Shown piece by piece: positions 9,777-23,400 of a stretch of DNA of 64,000 nucleotides. The translations under genes were made by a program, and so were the position numbers. Each line of letters begins with the position of its first letter. Within the stretch, counting starts at the first letter, position 1. The notes under the pieces were generated by a model. That model was given only the letters and a program-made list of their open reading frames with translations. It was not told the DNA's origin and ran no database searches. The stretch spans positions 30,562 to 94,561 of the forward strand of contig JAFTZM010000022.1 of the NCBI GenBank assembly GCA_017464525.1. Reading direction: 5' to 3'. Source of the stretch: Clostridia bacterium (GTDB lineage Bacteria > Bacillota > Clostridia > Oscillospirales > QAKW01).

Positions 9777-9911
9777 TTAGTGAGATAATCTTTTTCTGCC
9801 TTTTGCTCTTCTTCTGGCCAAAACCTTGCGGCCGTTGGCGGTCAGCATTCTCTTTCTGAAGCCGTGAACCTTGCTTCTTTGTCTCTTCTTAGGCTGATAA
9901 GTCCGAACCAT
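9777..9911 (-). CDS. rpmH: 50S ribosomal protein L34
   Basis: Manual translation of the minus strand: [44 protein letters not shown] (not in the ORF track, 44 aa). Confidence 0.9.
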   Translation of the reverse strand: MVRTYQPKKRQRSKVHGFRKRMLTANGRKVLARRRAKGRKRLSH

Positions 9912-9963
9912 TTTTCTATCCTCCTTCTATTAAAGGGCAATCCTTCATTTTTGAGCGTATAAC

Positions 9964-9993
9964 ATTATATAATAGGTCAACATAATTTGTCAA
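9964..9993 (-). promoter_or_regulatory. sigma-A type promoter for rpmH (TTGACA-N18-TATAAT)
   Basis: -35 at 9988-9993 and -10 at 9964-9969 on the minus strand. Confidence 0.45.
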
Positions 9994-10002
9994 CAAAAAG
10001 TT

Positions 10003-11385
10003 TTAAAATTTCACGCTTTCCCGGATAAATTCCACCAATTCTTCGATTTTTACCCGCTTTTGCTCCATGGAATCCCGGAAACGGATGGTCACGCAGCCGT
10101 CCTCTTCGCTCTCGAAGTCGTAACAGATGGAGAAGGGAGTACCGATCTCATCCTGCCGACGGTAGCGCTTACCGATGGAACCGGCATCGTCGAATTCCAC
10201 GTTAAATTCCTTGCACAGCACGTTATAGACCTTTTCCTGAGCAGCAGCAGAAAGCTTCTTGGAAAGGGGCAATACGGCCGCTTTTACGGGTGCCAGAGCA
10301 GGATGGAGGCGCAAAACTACCCGCACATCGTTCTTTTCTGCATCCAAAACCTCCTCATCGTAGGCTTCGCAAAGGAAGGCCAGAGCCACACGGTCGGCGC
10401 CCAGAGAGGGCTCCACAACGTAAGGAACGTAATGCTCATTGGTCTCGGGATCGAAATATTCCAAGCTCTTGCCGCTGGCTTCCTGATGGCGGCCCAAATC
10501 GTAGTTGGTACGGTCGGCAATGCCCCACAGCTCACCCCAGCCGAAGGGGAAGAGGAACTCGATATCGGTGGTTGCTTTGGAATAGAAGGAAAGCTCCTCC
10601 TTCTCATGATCCCGCAAACGCATATTCTCTTCCTTCATACCCAAAGAGATCAGCCAGTTCTTGCAGTAGTCTTTCCAATAATAGAACCAATCCAAGTCGG
10701 TATCAGGTTTGCAGAAGAATTCACATTCCATCTGCTCAAACTCACGGGTACGGAACACAAAATTGCCCGGAGTGATCTCATTCCGGAAGGATTTACCGAT
10801 CTGGCAAACGCCGAAGGGCAGCTTTTTCCGGGTGGTGCGCTGGATATTGGCATAGTTCACAAAGATCCCCTGCGCAGTTTCAGGGCGAAGATAAACCTCA
10901 TTCTTAGCATCCTCGGTCACGCCGATGAAGGTCTTGAACATCAGGTTGAATTTTCGGATATCGGTAAAATTCTTGCTGCCGCAATCGGGGCAGGCAATGC
11001 CGTTTTCCTTAATGTAATCCTGCATCTGCTCAAAGGTCATCCCCTCGGGCTTACCGCCCACCTCTTCGATGAGCTTGTCTGCCCGGTGGCGGGCATGGCA
11101 ATCCTTACAATCCATCAGAGGATCGGAAAAGCCGCCTACATGGCCGCTGGTCACCCAAGTCTCGGGGTTCATGATGATGGCGGAATCCAAACCTACATTA
11201 TAAGGAGATTCCTGCACAAATTTCTTCCACCAAGCCTTCTTCACATTGTTCTTGAATTCCACACCCAAAGGACCGTAATCCCAGGAGTTGGCCAGGCCGC
11301 CGTAGATCTCGCTGCCGGCATAAACAAAGCCGCGGTTTTTGCAGAGCGTAACGATCTGCTCCATGGTTTTTTCTGTATTTTTCAT
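10003..11385 (-). CDS. glyQS: glycine--tRNA ligase (alpha2 type)
   Basis: 460 aa class II aaRS; WDYGPLG motif; anticodon-binding C-terminal region. Confidence 0.9.
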   Translation of the reverse strand: MKNTEKTMEQIVTLCKNRGFVYAGSEIYGGLANSWDYGPLGVEFKNNVKKAWWKKFVQESPYNVGLDSAIIMNPETWVTSGHVGGFSDPLMDCKDCHARHRADKLIEEVGGKPEGMTFEQMQDYIKENGIACPDCGSKNFTDIRKFNLMFKTFIGVTEDAKNEVYLRPETAQGIFVNYANIQRTTRKKLPFGVCQIGKSFRNEITPGNFVFRTREFEQMECEFFCKPDTDLDWFYYWKDYCKNWLISLGMKEENMRLRDHEKEELSFYSKATTDIEFLFPFGWGELWGIADRTNYDLGRHQEASGKSLEYFDPETNEHYVPYVVEPSLGADRVALAFLCEAYDEEVLDAEKNDVRVVLRLHPALAPVKAAVLPLSKKLSAAAQEKVYNVLCKEFNVEFDDAGSIGKRYRRQDEIGTPFSICYDFESEEDGCVTIRFRDSMEQKRVKIEELVEFIRESVKF

Positions 11386-11416
11386 GGTTCTACCTCCACT
11401 TTTTATCTAAAAATGA

Positions 11417-11445
11417 ATTATATTATGTTTTTCACAACTTGTCAA
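11417..11445 (-). promoter_or_regulatory. consensus sigma-A promoter TTGACA-N17-TATAAT for glyQS
   Basis: -35 at 11440-11445 and -10 at 11417-11422 on the minus strand; about 25-nt leader with a GGAGG RBS; no T-box elements. Confidence 0.55.
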
Positions 11446-11600
11446 CTGTTTCATTTGCCAATAAATAAAATAAGGAACTCTATATTTATAGTTATTATAT
11501 ATAAAATAAATATATTGCATTTGTTTTAAACATATGTTAAAATATATGTGTATAATTATTTTTAAATTTCTTGTAAAAAAATGAGAGAGGAGAACGGTAA
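11446..11600. other. extremely AT-rich dnaA upstream region; candidate oriC DNA-unwinding element with degenerate DnaA boxes
   Basis: About 20% GC; TGTGTATAA (1 mismatch to TGTGGATAA) near 11549; position between rpmH-side genes and dnaA. Confidence 0.3.
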
Positions 11601-12965
11601 GTGCAGTCATTTAAGGATGTTTGGGAAAAAGCGCTCGTTCAGTTGAAGAATGAGTTGAATGTAACTTCATATGAAAGCTGGATCAAGCTATTGATTCCCA
11701 TGAAAATGGAAAATGATGTAGCTTTCTTTTGCGTTTCTACTCTTTTTCAAAAGAGTATCATTGATAAAAAATATAAATCAGATGTGGAACGCGCAATATC
11801 GGATGTAATGGGCTTTGAGGTCACCGCCCAGATCATGACAGAGGATGAGGTCCCGCCCCGGTTCCGGGAGGCGGCCCAGAGAAAGAACGAAGAGGTGAGC
11901 ACTGCTCTGCCCAAGCTGGAGGAGGAGGAGATCCGGGCCTTTAACGCCAAGACCAACCTGACCTTTGATAATTTCGTTATCGGTAAAGAAAATGAATTTG
12001 CCCATGCGGCGGCGCTGGCCATCGCCAATAACCCGGCCAATGCTTATAACCCCTTCTTTTTGTACGGGCACAGCGGGCTGGGCAAGACCCACCTGATCAA
12101 CGCCATTGCCAATAAAATTCAGGAAAATAATCCCAATGCAGTGATCATGTATGTAAAGGGCGATGAATTTACCAGCGAGCTGATCGATGCCATCCAGTTC
12201 AACAATCAGCGCCAGTTCAAAATGAAATACCGCAAGGCGGATATTCTGCTGGTGGATGACGTGCAGTTCATCAGCGGTAAAAAGGCCATCCAGGAAGAAT
12301 TTTTCCATACCTTTGATGCCCTTTATGAAAACAATCGCCAGATCATCCTCACCAGTGACCGCCCCCCCAAGGAGCTGATCACGCTGGAGGAACGGCTGCA
12401 GACCCGCTTTTCCATGGGTCTGATCGCCGATGTGCAGCCCCCCGAGTATGAGACCCGTGTAGCCATTATCAAAAAGAAGGCTGCCATGTATAACCTCCAA
12501 GTACCGGAGGAAGTGGTGGAGCTGATCGCCACCAAGATCAAGACCAATGTACGGGAGCTGGAAGGTACCATCAAAAAGCTGAAGGCCTATAACTCCCTGT
12601 GGGGCCAGACCCCCACCATGGCCCTGGCTAAGGACGCCATGGAAGCGGTGATCAAGGAAAATACCAATTCCGCTATTACCCCCGCCTCTATCATCGATCA
12701 GGTCTCCCGTTACTTCAACATCTCCATTGAAGATATCAAGAGCGAAAAGAGAAAGACCGAGATCGTATTCAGCCGGCAGATGGCTATGTATATCATCCGG
12801 GAGTTGACCAACCTTTCCCTGCCGGAGATCGGCAAGGAGATGGGCGGTAAGAATCATACCACCGTTCTTTATTCCATCCGTAAGTTAGAGGATGCCATGA
12901 AGCAGGATCCCAAAACCGCCAAGATCGCAGCCGAGCTTATCGAAAATATCAAGAAATCTTATTAA
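11601..12965 (+). CDS. dnaA: chromosomal replication initiator DnaA
   Basis: GTG start with RBS; AAA+ Walker A GHSGLGKTHL; C-terminal DnaA-box binding domain. Confidence 0.95.
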   Translation: MQSFKDVWEKALVQLKNELNVTSYESWIKLLIPMKMENDVAFFCVSTLFQKSIIDKKYKSDVERAISDVMGFEVTAQIMTEDEVPPRFREAAQRKNEEVSTALPKLEEEEIRAFNAKTNLTFDNFVIGKENEFAHAAALAIANNPANAYNPFFLYGHSGLGKTHLINAIANKIQENNPNAVIMYVKGDEFTSELIDAIQFNNQRQFKMKYRKADILLVDDVQFISGKKAIQEEFFHTFDALYENNRQIILTSDRPPKELITLEERLQTRFSMGLIADVQPPEYETRVAIIKKKAAMYNLQVPEEVVELIATKIKTNVRELEGTIKKLKAYNSLWGQTPTMALAKDAMEAVIKENTNSAITPASIIDQVSRYFNISIEDIKSEKRKTEIVFSRQMAMYIIRELTNLSLPEIGKEMGGKNHTTVLYSIRKLEDAMKQDPKTAKIAAELIENIKKSY

Positions 12966-13185
12966 CAGAGTTTTCTGTTTTTAACACCCGGTATTTAACA
13001 TTTTACACAGACTTTTAAACAGTTAACATAATTCTGTGGAGGGTCTGTGGAATGAAAAGGCGTGTATCAACAGGCTTTTAACGGGCAATTTTCGGCATGG
13101 GAATCCGTAAATCGGGGATTTTTGCCGGTTTTGCACACAACAACAACTACTACTACAATTAACAGATAAAAGAAAGGAACGACGC

Positions 13186-14304
13186 ATGAAATTTTCTTGT
13201 GACAGAAACGTTCTGAATGAGGCGATCAACATCGTGCAGAAGGCCGCCAGCCAGAAATCCACCATCCCGGCGCTGGAGGGTATTCTCATTGAGATCGAAA
13301 AGGACGGGCTGGTCCGGTTCAGTGCCTACGATCTGAGTATTGCCATCAACTATGAATTTCAAGCAGATGAATTTGAAGACGGGGAAGTGATCCTCTCCTC
13401 CAAGCTCTTCGGTGATATCGTCCGGAAGTTGCCTTCCTGCCAGGTAACGGTGGAGATCGACGATAAGACCTTCCTCACCACCATCCGGGGCGGCAACGCC
13501 AGCTTTACCATTTCCGGTATGGATACGGATAATTTTCCTGCCATGCCGGATGTGCTCAGCGATGATGGCATCCAGCTTACCTATAACGACTTTAAAAATA
13601 TGGTGCGGCAGACCATCTTTGCCGTTTCCATCACCGATCTGAAGCCGATCCTGACCGGTGTGCTTTTTGAGTTGGCCGAAAACGGATATGTCAATGCGGT
13701 GGCGGTGGATAATTTCCGGCTGGCCATCCGCAAGGCCCCCTATAAGCAGGCTATGGGGAACTTTTCTAAGGTGGTCATTCCTTCCCGTGCGTTGAAGGAG
13801 ATGACCAATATCCTGCCGGACAGTGACGAGGAGATCGTGACCATCACCAACAGTAAGAATTTCGTTTCCTTCCGCTTTGGCGGGGTGCAGCTGGTCTCCC
13901 GGTTGCTGGAGGGAGAATTTCTGGATTATAAGGCCGCTATCCCGAAGGACTTTAAATTCCAGGTCCATGTAAATGTGCGGGATTTCACCCGCATCATCGA
14001 CCGGGCGGCGCTGATGGCTAATTCCACCATCATCAGCCCCATTCGCTGTGAATTTGATTTTGATCATATCAATATCGCTACCGTATCCAATCTGGGTAAA
14101 TTCAGCGATTCCATCCAATGCGAGCCCTTCGCCAATAAAATGGTGATCGGTTTCAACTATAAATATATGCTGGCAGCCCTCAGCGCTTGCGATGATGAAG
14201 AGATCGTGATCGAGCTGCAATCCAACCTGGCGCCCATCATCCTGCGGCCGAAGGATAAGGATGATTATCTCTTCCTGGTGCTGCCCTTGAGAATGAAGGA
14301 ATAA
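13186..14304 (+). CDS. dnaN: DNA polymerase III beta sliding clamp
   Basis: 372 aa, MKFSCDRNVLNEAINIVQKA start; synteny after dnaA. Confidence 0.95.
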   Translation: MKFSCDRNVLNEAINIVQKAASQKSTIPALEGILIEIEKDGLVRFSAYDLSIAINYEFQADEFEDGEVILSSKLFGDIVRKLPSCQVTVEIDDKTFLTTIRGGNASFTISGMDTDNFPAMPDVLSDDGIQLTYNDFKNMVRQTIFAVSITDLKPILTGVLFELAENGYVNAVAVDNFRLAIRKAPYKQAMGNFSKVVIPSRALKEMTNILPDSDEEIVTITNSKNFVSFRFGGVQLVSRLLEGEFLDYKAAIPKDFKFQVHVNVRDFTRIIDRAALMANSTIISPIRCEFDFDHINIATVSNLGKFSDSIQCEPFANKMVIGFNYKYMLAALSACDDEEIVIELQSNLAPIILRPKDKDDYLFLVLPLRMKE

Positions 14305-14307
14305 AAC

Positions 14308-14517
14308 ATGAACCGATTATTGATCAGAGATGAATACATTCGGCTTTGCGATGCCCTGAAGCTTTCCGGCGAGGCCGATACCGGAGGCATGGCCAAAATG
14401 ATGATTCTGGCCGGGGATGTGCAGGTCAACGGCGAGGTCTGCCTGCAAAAGGGCAAAAAGCTTTATCCCGGCGATCGGTTCACCTTCGGCGGGCTGGAAT
14501 ATCTCATTGTACAATGA
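14308..14517 (+). CDS. yaaA: S4-domain RNA-binding protein YaaA
   Basis: 69 aa, conserved position between dnaN and recF. Confidence 0.8.
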   Translation: MNRLLIRDEYIRLCDALKLSGEADTGGMAKMMILAGDVQVNGEVCLQKGKKLYPGDRFTFGGLEYLIVQ

Positions 14518-15612
14518 TCATCCGTCGGCTGCGACTGGAAAATTTCAGAAATTTTGCTGATGAGACCTTCGATTTTACCGATGGCATCAATATTTTAGCG
14601 GGCAATAATGCCCAAGGTAAGACCAACTGTATCGAGGCGATCTACTTTTGCTCCTGCCTGAAAAGCTATCGGGTGCTGAAGGAGGAGCAGCTGATTCGCT
14701 TCGGGGCGGAGACAGCGGCCATTACCCTCACCTTTCTGCTGGAGGGCCGGGAAGAGGAATTAAAGATCCTTTTTGCCCGGGGCAGACCCAAGGAATTTCG
14801 CCATAACGGCCTGGTAGTACCAAGGCTGCGGGATCTGCTGGGCTGCTTTCAATCGGTGATCTTTACCCCCGATCACCTGAACCTGATCAAAGAAGGCCCC
14901 CATAAACGGCGGAGTTTTTTGGATATGGCCCTTTGCTCTCTGGAGCTTCAATATACCGATCAGTTGCTGAGCTATCAGAAGATCCTGAAAAACCGCAATG
15001 CCCTGCTCCGTCAATGCCAGAGCGATTATGCCTTGAGTGAAATGCTGGAGATCTGGGATGAAAAGCTGGCAGAGGCCGGCTCCTATATCGCCGAAGCCCG
15101 GCAGAAGTACATTATGCAGCTTTCGGCCTTTGTCAAGGAATACTACAGCGAGATCTCCCAGGGTTCGGAAAAGCTCAAGCTGATCTATCTGAATCAGTTT
15201 ACCAAGGAGGAGGTCAGCCGGGAGGAATATGCCCGGTTGTTCCGGGAGCGGCTCCGCAGGATGCGGGACCACGATATTACCATGGGTCAGACTATGAGCG
15301 GCATCCATAAGGATGATATTTTAATTTTACTTTCCGGCAAAAGCATGAAGTTTTTTGCCTCTCAGGGGCAGATCCGCTCGGCGGTGCTGGCCATGAAGCT
15401 GGCAGAGGCGGAATGTATCACCCGCCTGCAGGGCAGCGAGCCGGTGCTGCTGTTGGATGATATCCTATCGGAGCTGGATGCCCACCGGCAAAAATTTATC
15501 TTTCAGAAAATGAACGGCCGGCAGACGGTGCTTACCACCTGTGAATTGGGTAAGATCCGTAAAAAAGGCGATAAAGTCTTTTCCATCAAGGAAGGAAAGG
15601 TGGCTAAAATAC

Positions 15613-17827
<2,215 letters not shown>

Positions 17828-17841
17828 GGAGGTGCTTCAAA

Positions 17842-20331
17842 ATGGCTAAAAATGAGATCCACGATACCGCAAGCTATGAAAACCAGGTCATCGTTCCTGT
17901 TGATCTGGAAAAAGAAATGAAGAACTCCTATCTGGACTATGCCATGTCTGTCATCGTCGGCCGTGCGCTGCCCGATGTGCGGGACGGTCTGAAACCGGTC
18001 CACCGCAGAATTCTTTACGCCATGTATGAGGATAACCTGACCAGCGATAAGCCTTTCCGGAAGGCTGCCACCTGCGTGGGTGACGTGCTGGGCCGGTACC
18101 ATCCCCACGGTGACGCTTCTGTTTACGATGCGCTGGTGCGCCTCGCCCAGAACTTCTCCCTCCGTTATCCTCTGGTAGAGGGTCACGGAAACTTCGGTTC
18201 CATCGATGGCGATCCCGCCGCTGCCTACCGGTATACGGAGGCCCGGATGTCCAAAATCTCCAATGAGATGCTGAAGGATATCGAAAAGGATACCATCGAT
18301 TGGGATCCCAACTTTGATGAGACCCGTAAGGAGCCCCATGTGCTGCCTGCCCGGTACCCCAACCTGCTGGTCAACGGCTCCTCCGGTATTGCCGTCGGTA
18401 TGGCCACCGATGTGCCGCCCCATAACCTGCGTGAGGTGGTAGACGGTGCTGTGGCTCTGCTGGATAACCCGGATATTGAGGTCGATGAGCTGATGGAATA
18501 CATCAAAGGCCCCGATTTCCCCACCGGCGCCATCATCATGGGCCGCAGCGGTATTCGCCAGGCTTATAGAACCGGCCGGGGCAAGATCTATGTCCGGGCC
18601 CGGGCAGAGATCGAAGAATGGAAGGACGGCCGGTATAAGATCGTTGTCACCGAGATCCCCTATATGATCCGGAAGGCAGCTTTGATCGAAAAGATCGCCG
18701 ATGAGGTCAAGACCGACCGCATCCCCGGCATCTCCGATATCCGGGATGAATCGGATAAGGACGGCCTGCGGTTCGTGGTGGAGCTGAAAAAGGAAGCCAA
18801 TCCGCAGGTGATCCTGAACCAGCTTTATAAATTCACCGATATGCAGGCGACCTGCTCCATCATCATGCTGGCGCTGGTCAACGGCGTGCCTAAGGTGCTC
18901 AACCTGAAGCAGATGCTGGAGGAATACCTGCTCCATCAGAAGGATGTCATCCGCCGCCGCACCGCCTTTGAGATCAAAAAGGCGGAAGCCAGAGCCCATA
19001 TCTTAGCGGGCTTGCTGAAGGCCATCGATCATATCGATGAGGTCATTGCCATCATCCGGGGCTCTAAGCATATTGCCGATGCCAAGGAAAGATTGATGGA
19101 ACGGTTCGATCTGGATGAGATCCAGGCGCAGGCCATTGTGGAGATGCGGCTGGGCCAGCTCTCCGGCCTGGAGCGGGAAAAGATCGAAAATGAATATAAA
19201 GAGCTCTCTGCTAAGATCGCCGATCTGAAGGATATCTTGGCTCACGACTATCGGGTTTCTGCTATTATTAAGGAAGATATGCTGGAGATCGCCCGGAAAT
19301 TCGGCGATGCCCGCCGCACCGAGATCGGGCACGGCGAGATCGGCCTGGAGGATGAGGATCTGATCCCCGTGGAGGATTGCATCTTCACCATGACCGAAGC
19401 CGGATATATCAAGCGCCAGCCGGTGGGCACCTATAAGGCTCAGCACCGGGGCGGCCGGGGCATTACCGGTATGAAGACCAAGGAAGAGGATGTGGTGAAG
19501 GATCTCTTTGCCGCCTCTACCCACGATACCATTTTGTTCTTTACCACCATGGGTCGGGTCTATAAATTAAAAGGATATGAGGTTCCCGAAAGCTCCCGCA
19601 CCGCCAAAGGCACCAATGTGGTGAACCTGCTGCCCCTGATGAGCGGCGAGCGGGTCAACGCCATGATTCGGGTGGAGAATTTCGATGCCGATGGCTATCT
19701 GGTGATGGCCACCCGCAACGGTACCGTGAAAAAGACCCCCCTCAGCGATTATTCTAATATCCGCAAATCCGGTGTCATCGCCATCCTTCTGGATGAAGGG
19801 GACGATCTGATCGATGTGGTGTATACCACCGGCGAGGATAATATCATGTTGGCCACCCATGAAGGCCGGGCCATCCGCTTCCCCGAATCGGAGGTACGCT
19901 CCATGGGCCGTGTTACCCGGGGCGTCCGGGGCATCCGCATCGCCGAGGAGGATTACCTGGTGGGCATGGTACTCCAGCGTGAGGGTGCCAACCTGCTCTC
20001 CATCACCGAAAATGGCTACGGTAAGCGTACAAATGTGGAGGAATACCGGCTGCAGAACCGTGGCGGTAAGGGTATTACCAATTATAATATTACCGAAAAG
20101 ACCGGTAAGATAGCCGCCATTCGTATGGTTGAGGATGGTGAGGATCTGCTGCTGGTCACCAGCGGCGGTGTGATCATGCGTACCCAGATCGAAGAGATCT
20201 CTACCCTCAGCCGTGTGACGCAGGGTGTCCGGGTGGTTCGTTTGGACGAGGGCGTGAAGGTCATCGATATCGCCGGCGCAGCCCGTGAAGAAGAGGAAGA
20301 TGTTCCAACGGAAACACCCGTTGAAGAATAA
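17842..20331 (+). CDS. gyrA: DNA gyrase subunit A
   Basis: Motifs [24 protein letters not shown] and QRDR-like HPHGD; 829 aa. Confidence 0.95.
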   Translation: MAKNEIHDTASYENQVIVPVDLEKEMKNSYLDYAMSVIVGRALPDVRDGLKPVHRRILYAMYEDNLTSDKPFRKAATCVGDVLGRYHPHGDASVYDALVRLAQNFSLRYPLVEGHGNFGSIDGDPAAAYRYTEARMSKISNEMLKDIEKDTIDWDPNFDETRKEPHVLPARYPNLLVNGSSGIAVGMATDVPPHNLREVVDGAVALLDNPDIEVDELMEYIKGPDFPTGAIIMGRSGIRQAYRTGRGKIYVRARAEIEEWKDGRYKIVVTEIPYMIRKAALIEKIADEVKTDRIPGISDIRDESDKDGLRFVVELKKEANPQVILNQLYKFTDMQATCSIIMLALVNGVPKVLNLKQMLEEYLLHQKDVIRRRTAFEIKKAEARAHILAGLLKAIDHIDEVIAIIRGSKHIADAKERLMERFDLDEIQAQAIVEMRLGQLSGLEREKIENEYKELSAKIADLKDILAHDYRVSAIIKEDMLEIARKFGDARRTEIGHGEIGLEDEDLIPVEDCIFTMTEAGYIKRQPVGTYKAQHRGGRGITGMKTKEEDVVKDLFAASTHDTILFFTTMGRVYKLKGYEVPESSRTAKGTNVVNLLPLMSGERVNAMIRVENFDADGYLVMATRNGTVKKTPLSDYSNIRKSGVIAILLDEGDDLIDVVYTTGEDNIMLATHEGRAIRFPESEVRSMGRVTRGVRGIRIAEEDYLVGMVLQREGANLLSITENGYGKRTNVEEYRLQNRGGKGITNYNITEKTGKIAAIRMVEDGEDLLLVTSGGVIMRTQIEEISTLSRVTQGVRVVRLDEGVKVIDIAGAAREEEEDVPTETPVEE

Positions 20332-20461
20332 AATTGGGTACTTTCACGAACAAATGTCACAAATTGTGTAAAATCAGCAACATAAGGTTCTATCTAATTG
20401 ACAGCCCTTTTGTTATAATTTTAATATCCATCAATATCTGTTCTAAAGGGAGGACAAAGAT

Positions 20462-23400
20462 ATGGCAAAGAAGTCTGTACGGCTGTTAAGCTTATTGTTA
20501 TCCGTACTGATGTTGGTGTCCATGGTTCCCATCGTGGCCACCGCAGAGTATGACTACGATGCTGCCGCAGCACCTGAAAACTATGTGAAGATCCCCTATG
20601 ACGGTCTGGTAGGCGAGAAATATCAGGATATCGCCACCGATGTCTATGTGGTAGACGCCGATTGGGATTTTAAAGCAGGGGAGGAGCCCGAAAAGGTCAC
20701 CTTCACCTACCGGAACCGGGTAGTCACCGAGAAATACGATGCTACCCGCCACCTCACCAGCGTTGCCAAGGTTTATGAGCAGGCTGCTCTGGACGGTGTG
20801 AAGATGCCCATGGCTATTCTCACCGAGGGCAACTATTCCGATCCCATCAGCCTCACCGGCAGCATCTATATTCTGGGTGCCCGTGCCGGTATGAACCCCA
20901 ATGTACCCAGCGATGATCCCTCTGTCAAGTGGAATCTGAGCTCCGAGCGTGCCCTGGCTGATTATGCCAGCTCCGATCCTCAGGGCGAGACCCGTTTCTG
21001 GATCGAGGGCGCCATTGATGTGGGCGCAGGTTACGGCGGCGGCGGTTCAGCCTATAACACCTGCCTCTTTACCAATAATGTGGCCGGCGCCAATTCTGTG
21101 AAATATGTATTCGACGGTATTGTAATGCAGGGCTACGGCGCTGTTATCAAGGATACGCAGAGCGGTACCGGTACTCGGGATTATATCCTGCAGAACTGTA
21201 TCTTCAATAACGGCTGGTCCTACGACGTTTCCACCATCCGTCTCTGGAACCGTTACTGCACTTCTGCACGTAACCTGAGCGTTTCCAATAGCTATGCCAC
21301 CGGTTATAAGCAGTTGGGCTTCTATTCCGGCCAAGGTGCAAAGATTCAGTTCAACGGTATGTGTTGGCAGGATAACTATGCAGGCCTTTGCTATGATGTG
21401 GAGCACATCCAGCAGCTCGGCCTCACCTTCAGCTTGAAGAATTCTCATTTCTGGAACAGTACGGCTGTGGCTAATGCCAGTACTTTGAGCGGTATGTTCC
21501 ATTATGACCGTATTTTCTGGTCCGACTTTAACCAGGGTACTGTTAGTTATCTGGGTACTAATAAGGAGCCCTACCGCTATACCATCAGCAATAATACCTT
21601 CTGGAATATGGAGCGGATGTCCGGCACTTCCTACGCCACCAGCTACAATCTCTTTGAGATCCCCATGGGCGGCGAGAACGAGAAGGTCGTGATGGAAAAT
21701 AACATCTTTGGTAACACTTTGGCCTCTGTGAAGCGCCATCCCCTGCAGATCCGGTATTTGACTGTAAAAGGGGTACCCTCTCATAGTGCAGAAGTACCCA
21801 CCCTTTCTGATACTACTGCGCTTTATGCTCTTACAAATGATAACCTGCAGGTCAATAATAATACCTTTATCGGTAAGGCCTATACCAATGTGATGCCTGA
21901 GATCGGCACCAATACCGCCGATGATACCCTGGTGGAGATGACCGGTAACTTCTATACCACCACTCTGGGTTCCAATGTAGGTACTTATGTAAAGGGTAAC
22001 TTTACAGATAAGATCTATGATAAGTGGGTATGGGAGGATAATTCCGAAGAAGGAATGCAGGATCCCAAGAACAGAACCGACTATATCAATGAGGATGCTG
22101 TCATTATTCAGCCTCTTCTGGCTACTCAGGGCACTCAGGTAGTAGATCCGGAAGATCCCTATCACTACATCCTGACCCCCGCTTCTGAAAAAACTTCTTC
22201 TATTTGGATGTCCGTCAGCTCCGATAGCTCTGTTGGAAATTCCCACCAGATCTATACTGCTGATGAAAATTGGAATAAGCTGGCAGAGTTCACCGGTAAC
22301 GGCGTAACCGCTCCCAACAGAGAGAACTACTATGTGGTATCCGTTCTCTCCCGGGATGAGCGGACGGCTCTGGACTATAAGCTGAGCGTTGTGCGCCCCC
22401 CTTATGCCTCTGCAACCCTCAACGGCATCAAGGAAGAGAGCTATCCCGATGTGACCATTCTGGAATCCGATGAGACGGATATGGATCTCTTCACCTATAA
22501 GGTAGATTACGCCATCAAGGATTTCTCCTTTGATCTGGATCTTTCCGAAGGTGCTGTGGCTACCGTATACGGCTATAATTCCAGAAATGCCAAGTATGAG
22601 CTGACCAATAACGGTACCGTCAACAATTATACCTACCAGTTGGCTAAGACCGAGACCCCCTATAAATTTGAGATCACTGTCACCGGTACCGACGGTAAGA
22701 CCGAAAGCTATGCTATGCAGGTGATCCGTTCCATGAACACCGCCGCCGCAGTTGAAGGTGTGACCTCTGGTGAGAATGAGGTTGAGGCAGATGCTGCCAA
22801 TAAGACCTATACCGTAACCGTGCCGGTTGCTACTGAAACTGTTGATTTTGCTCTTACCCTTTCCGAGGGTGCTACCGCTGCCGTGACCAATGCAGCCTCC
22901 GGCGGCCCTCTGGCTCCCGTGAACGGTACCTATACCGCCAAGATCAAGGTCGGTACCTCCACCTATCCTGTCACCGTTACCTCTCAGGACGGTAGCACCA
23001 CCGAGGAGTGGACCGTAAAGATCGTCCGTCCCGCCAGCAGCGAGAAGGAGATTCTGAGCATTAAGAATGCTACCAAGAAGAACAGTGGCTATACCGCCAA
23101 TGTTTCTACCTCTCAGTTCATCGTAGACGCCACCGTTTCCGATCTGGCTACCTATGCCATCTACGCTGATGAGGCTTGCACCGTTAAGATCGCCGATCCC
23201 GCTATTGCCCTCACCACCGCCTCCACTGTGGTATGGTTGCAGGTCATCGCTGAGGACGGTACCGTTTCCGAGCCCGTGAAGCTCACCATTAAGACTAATA
23301 ATCCCGGCGAAGCCGGCGAAACTCCCTCCGGCCTGGTTGGCAACGGCATCGTTGCTGTCAACGATGCGATTTTCGATGAAGAAACCAACGTTATCACCGT

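Noticed and set aside
11386-11600. Expected T-box riboswitch upstream of glyQS
   Set aside because: No AGGGTGGNACCGCG T-box sequence, no GC-rich stem I / specifier / terminator structures. Only about 25 nt separate the consensus promoter from the start codon.
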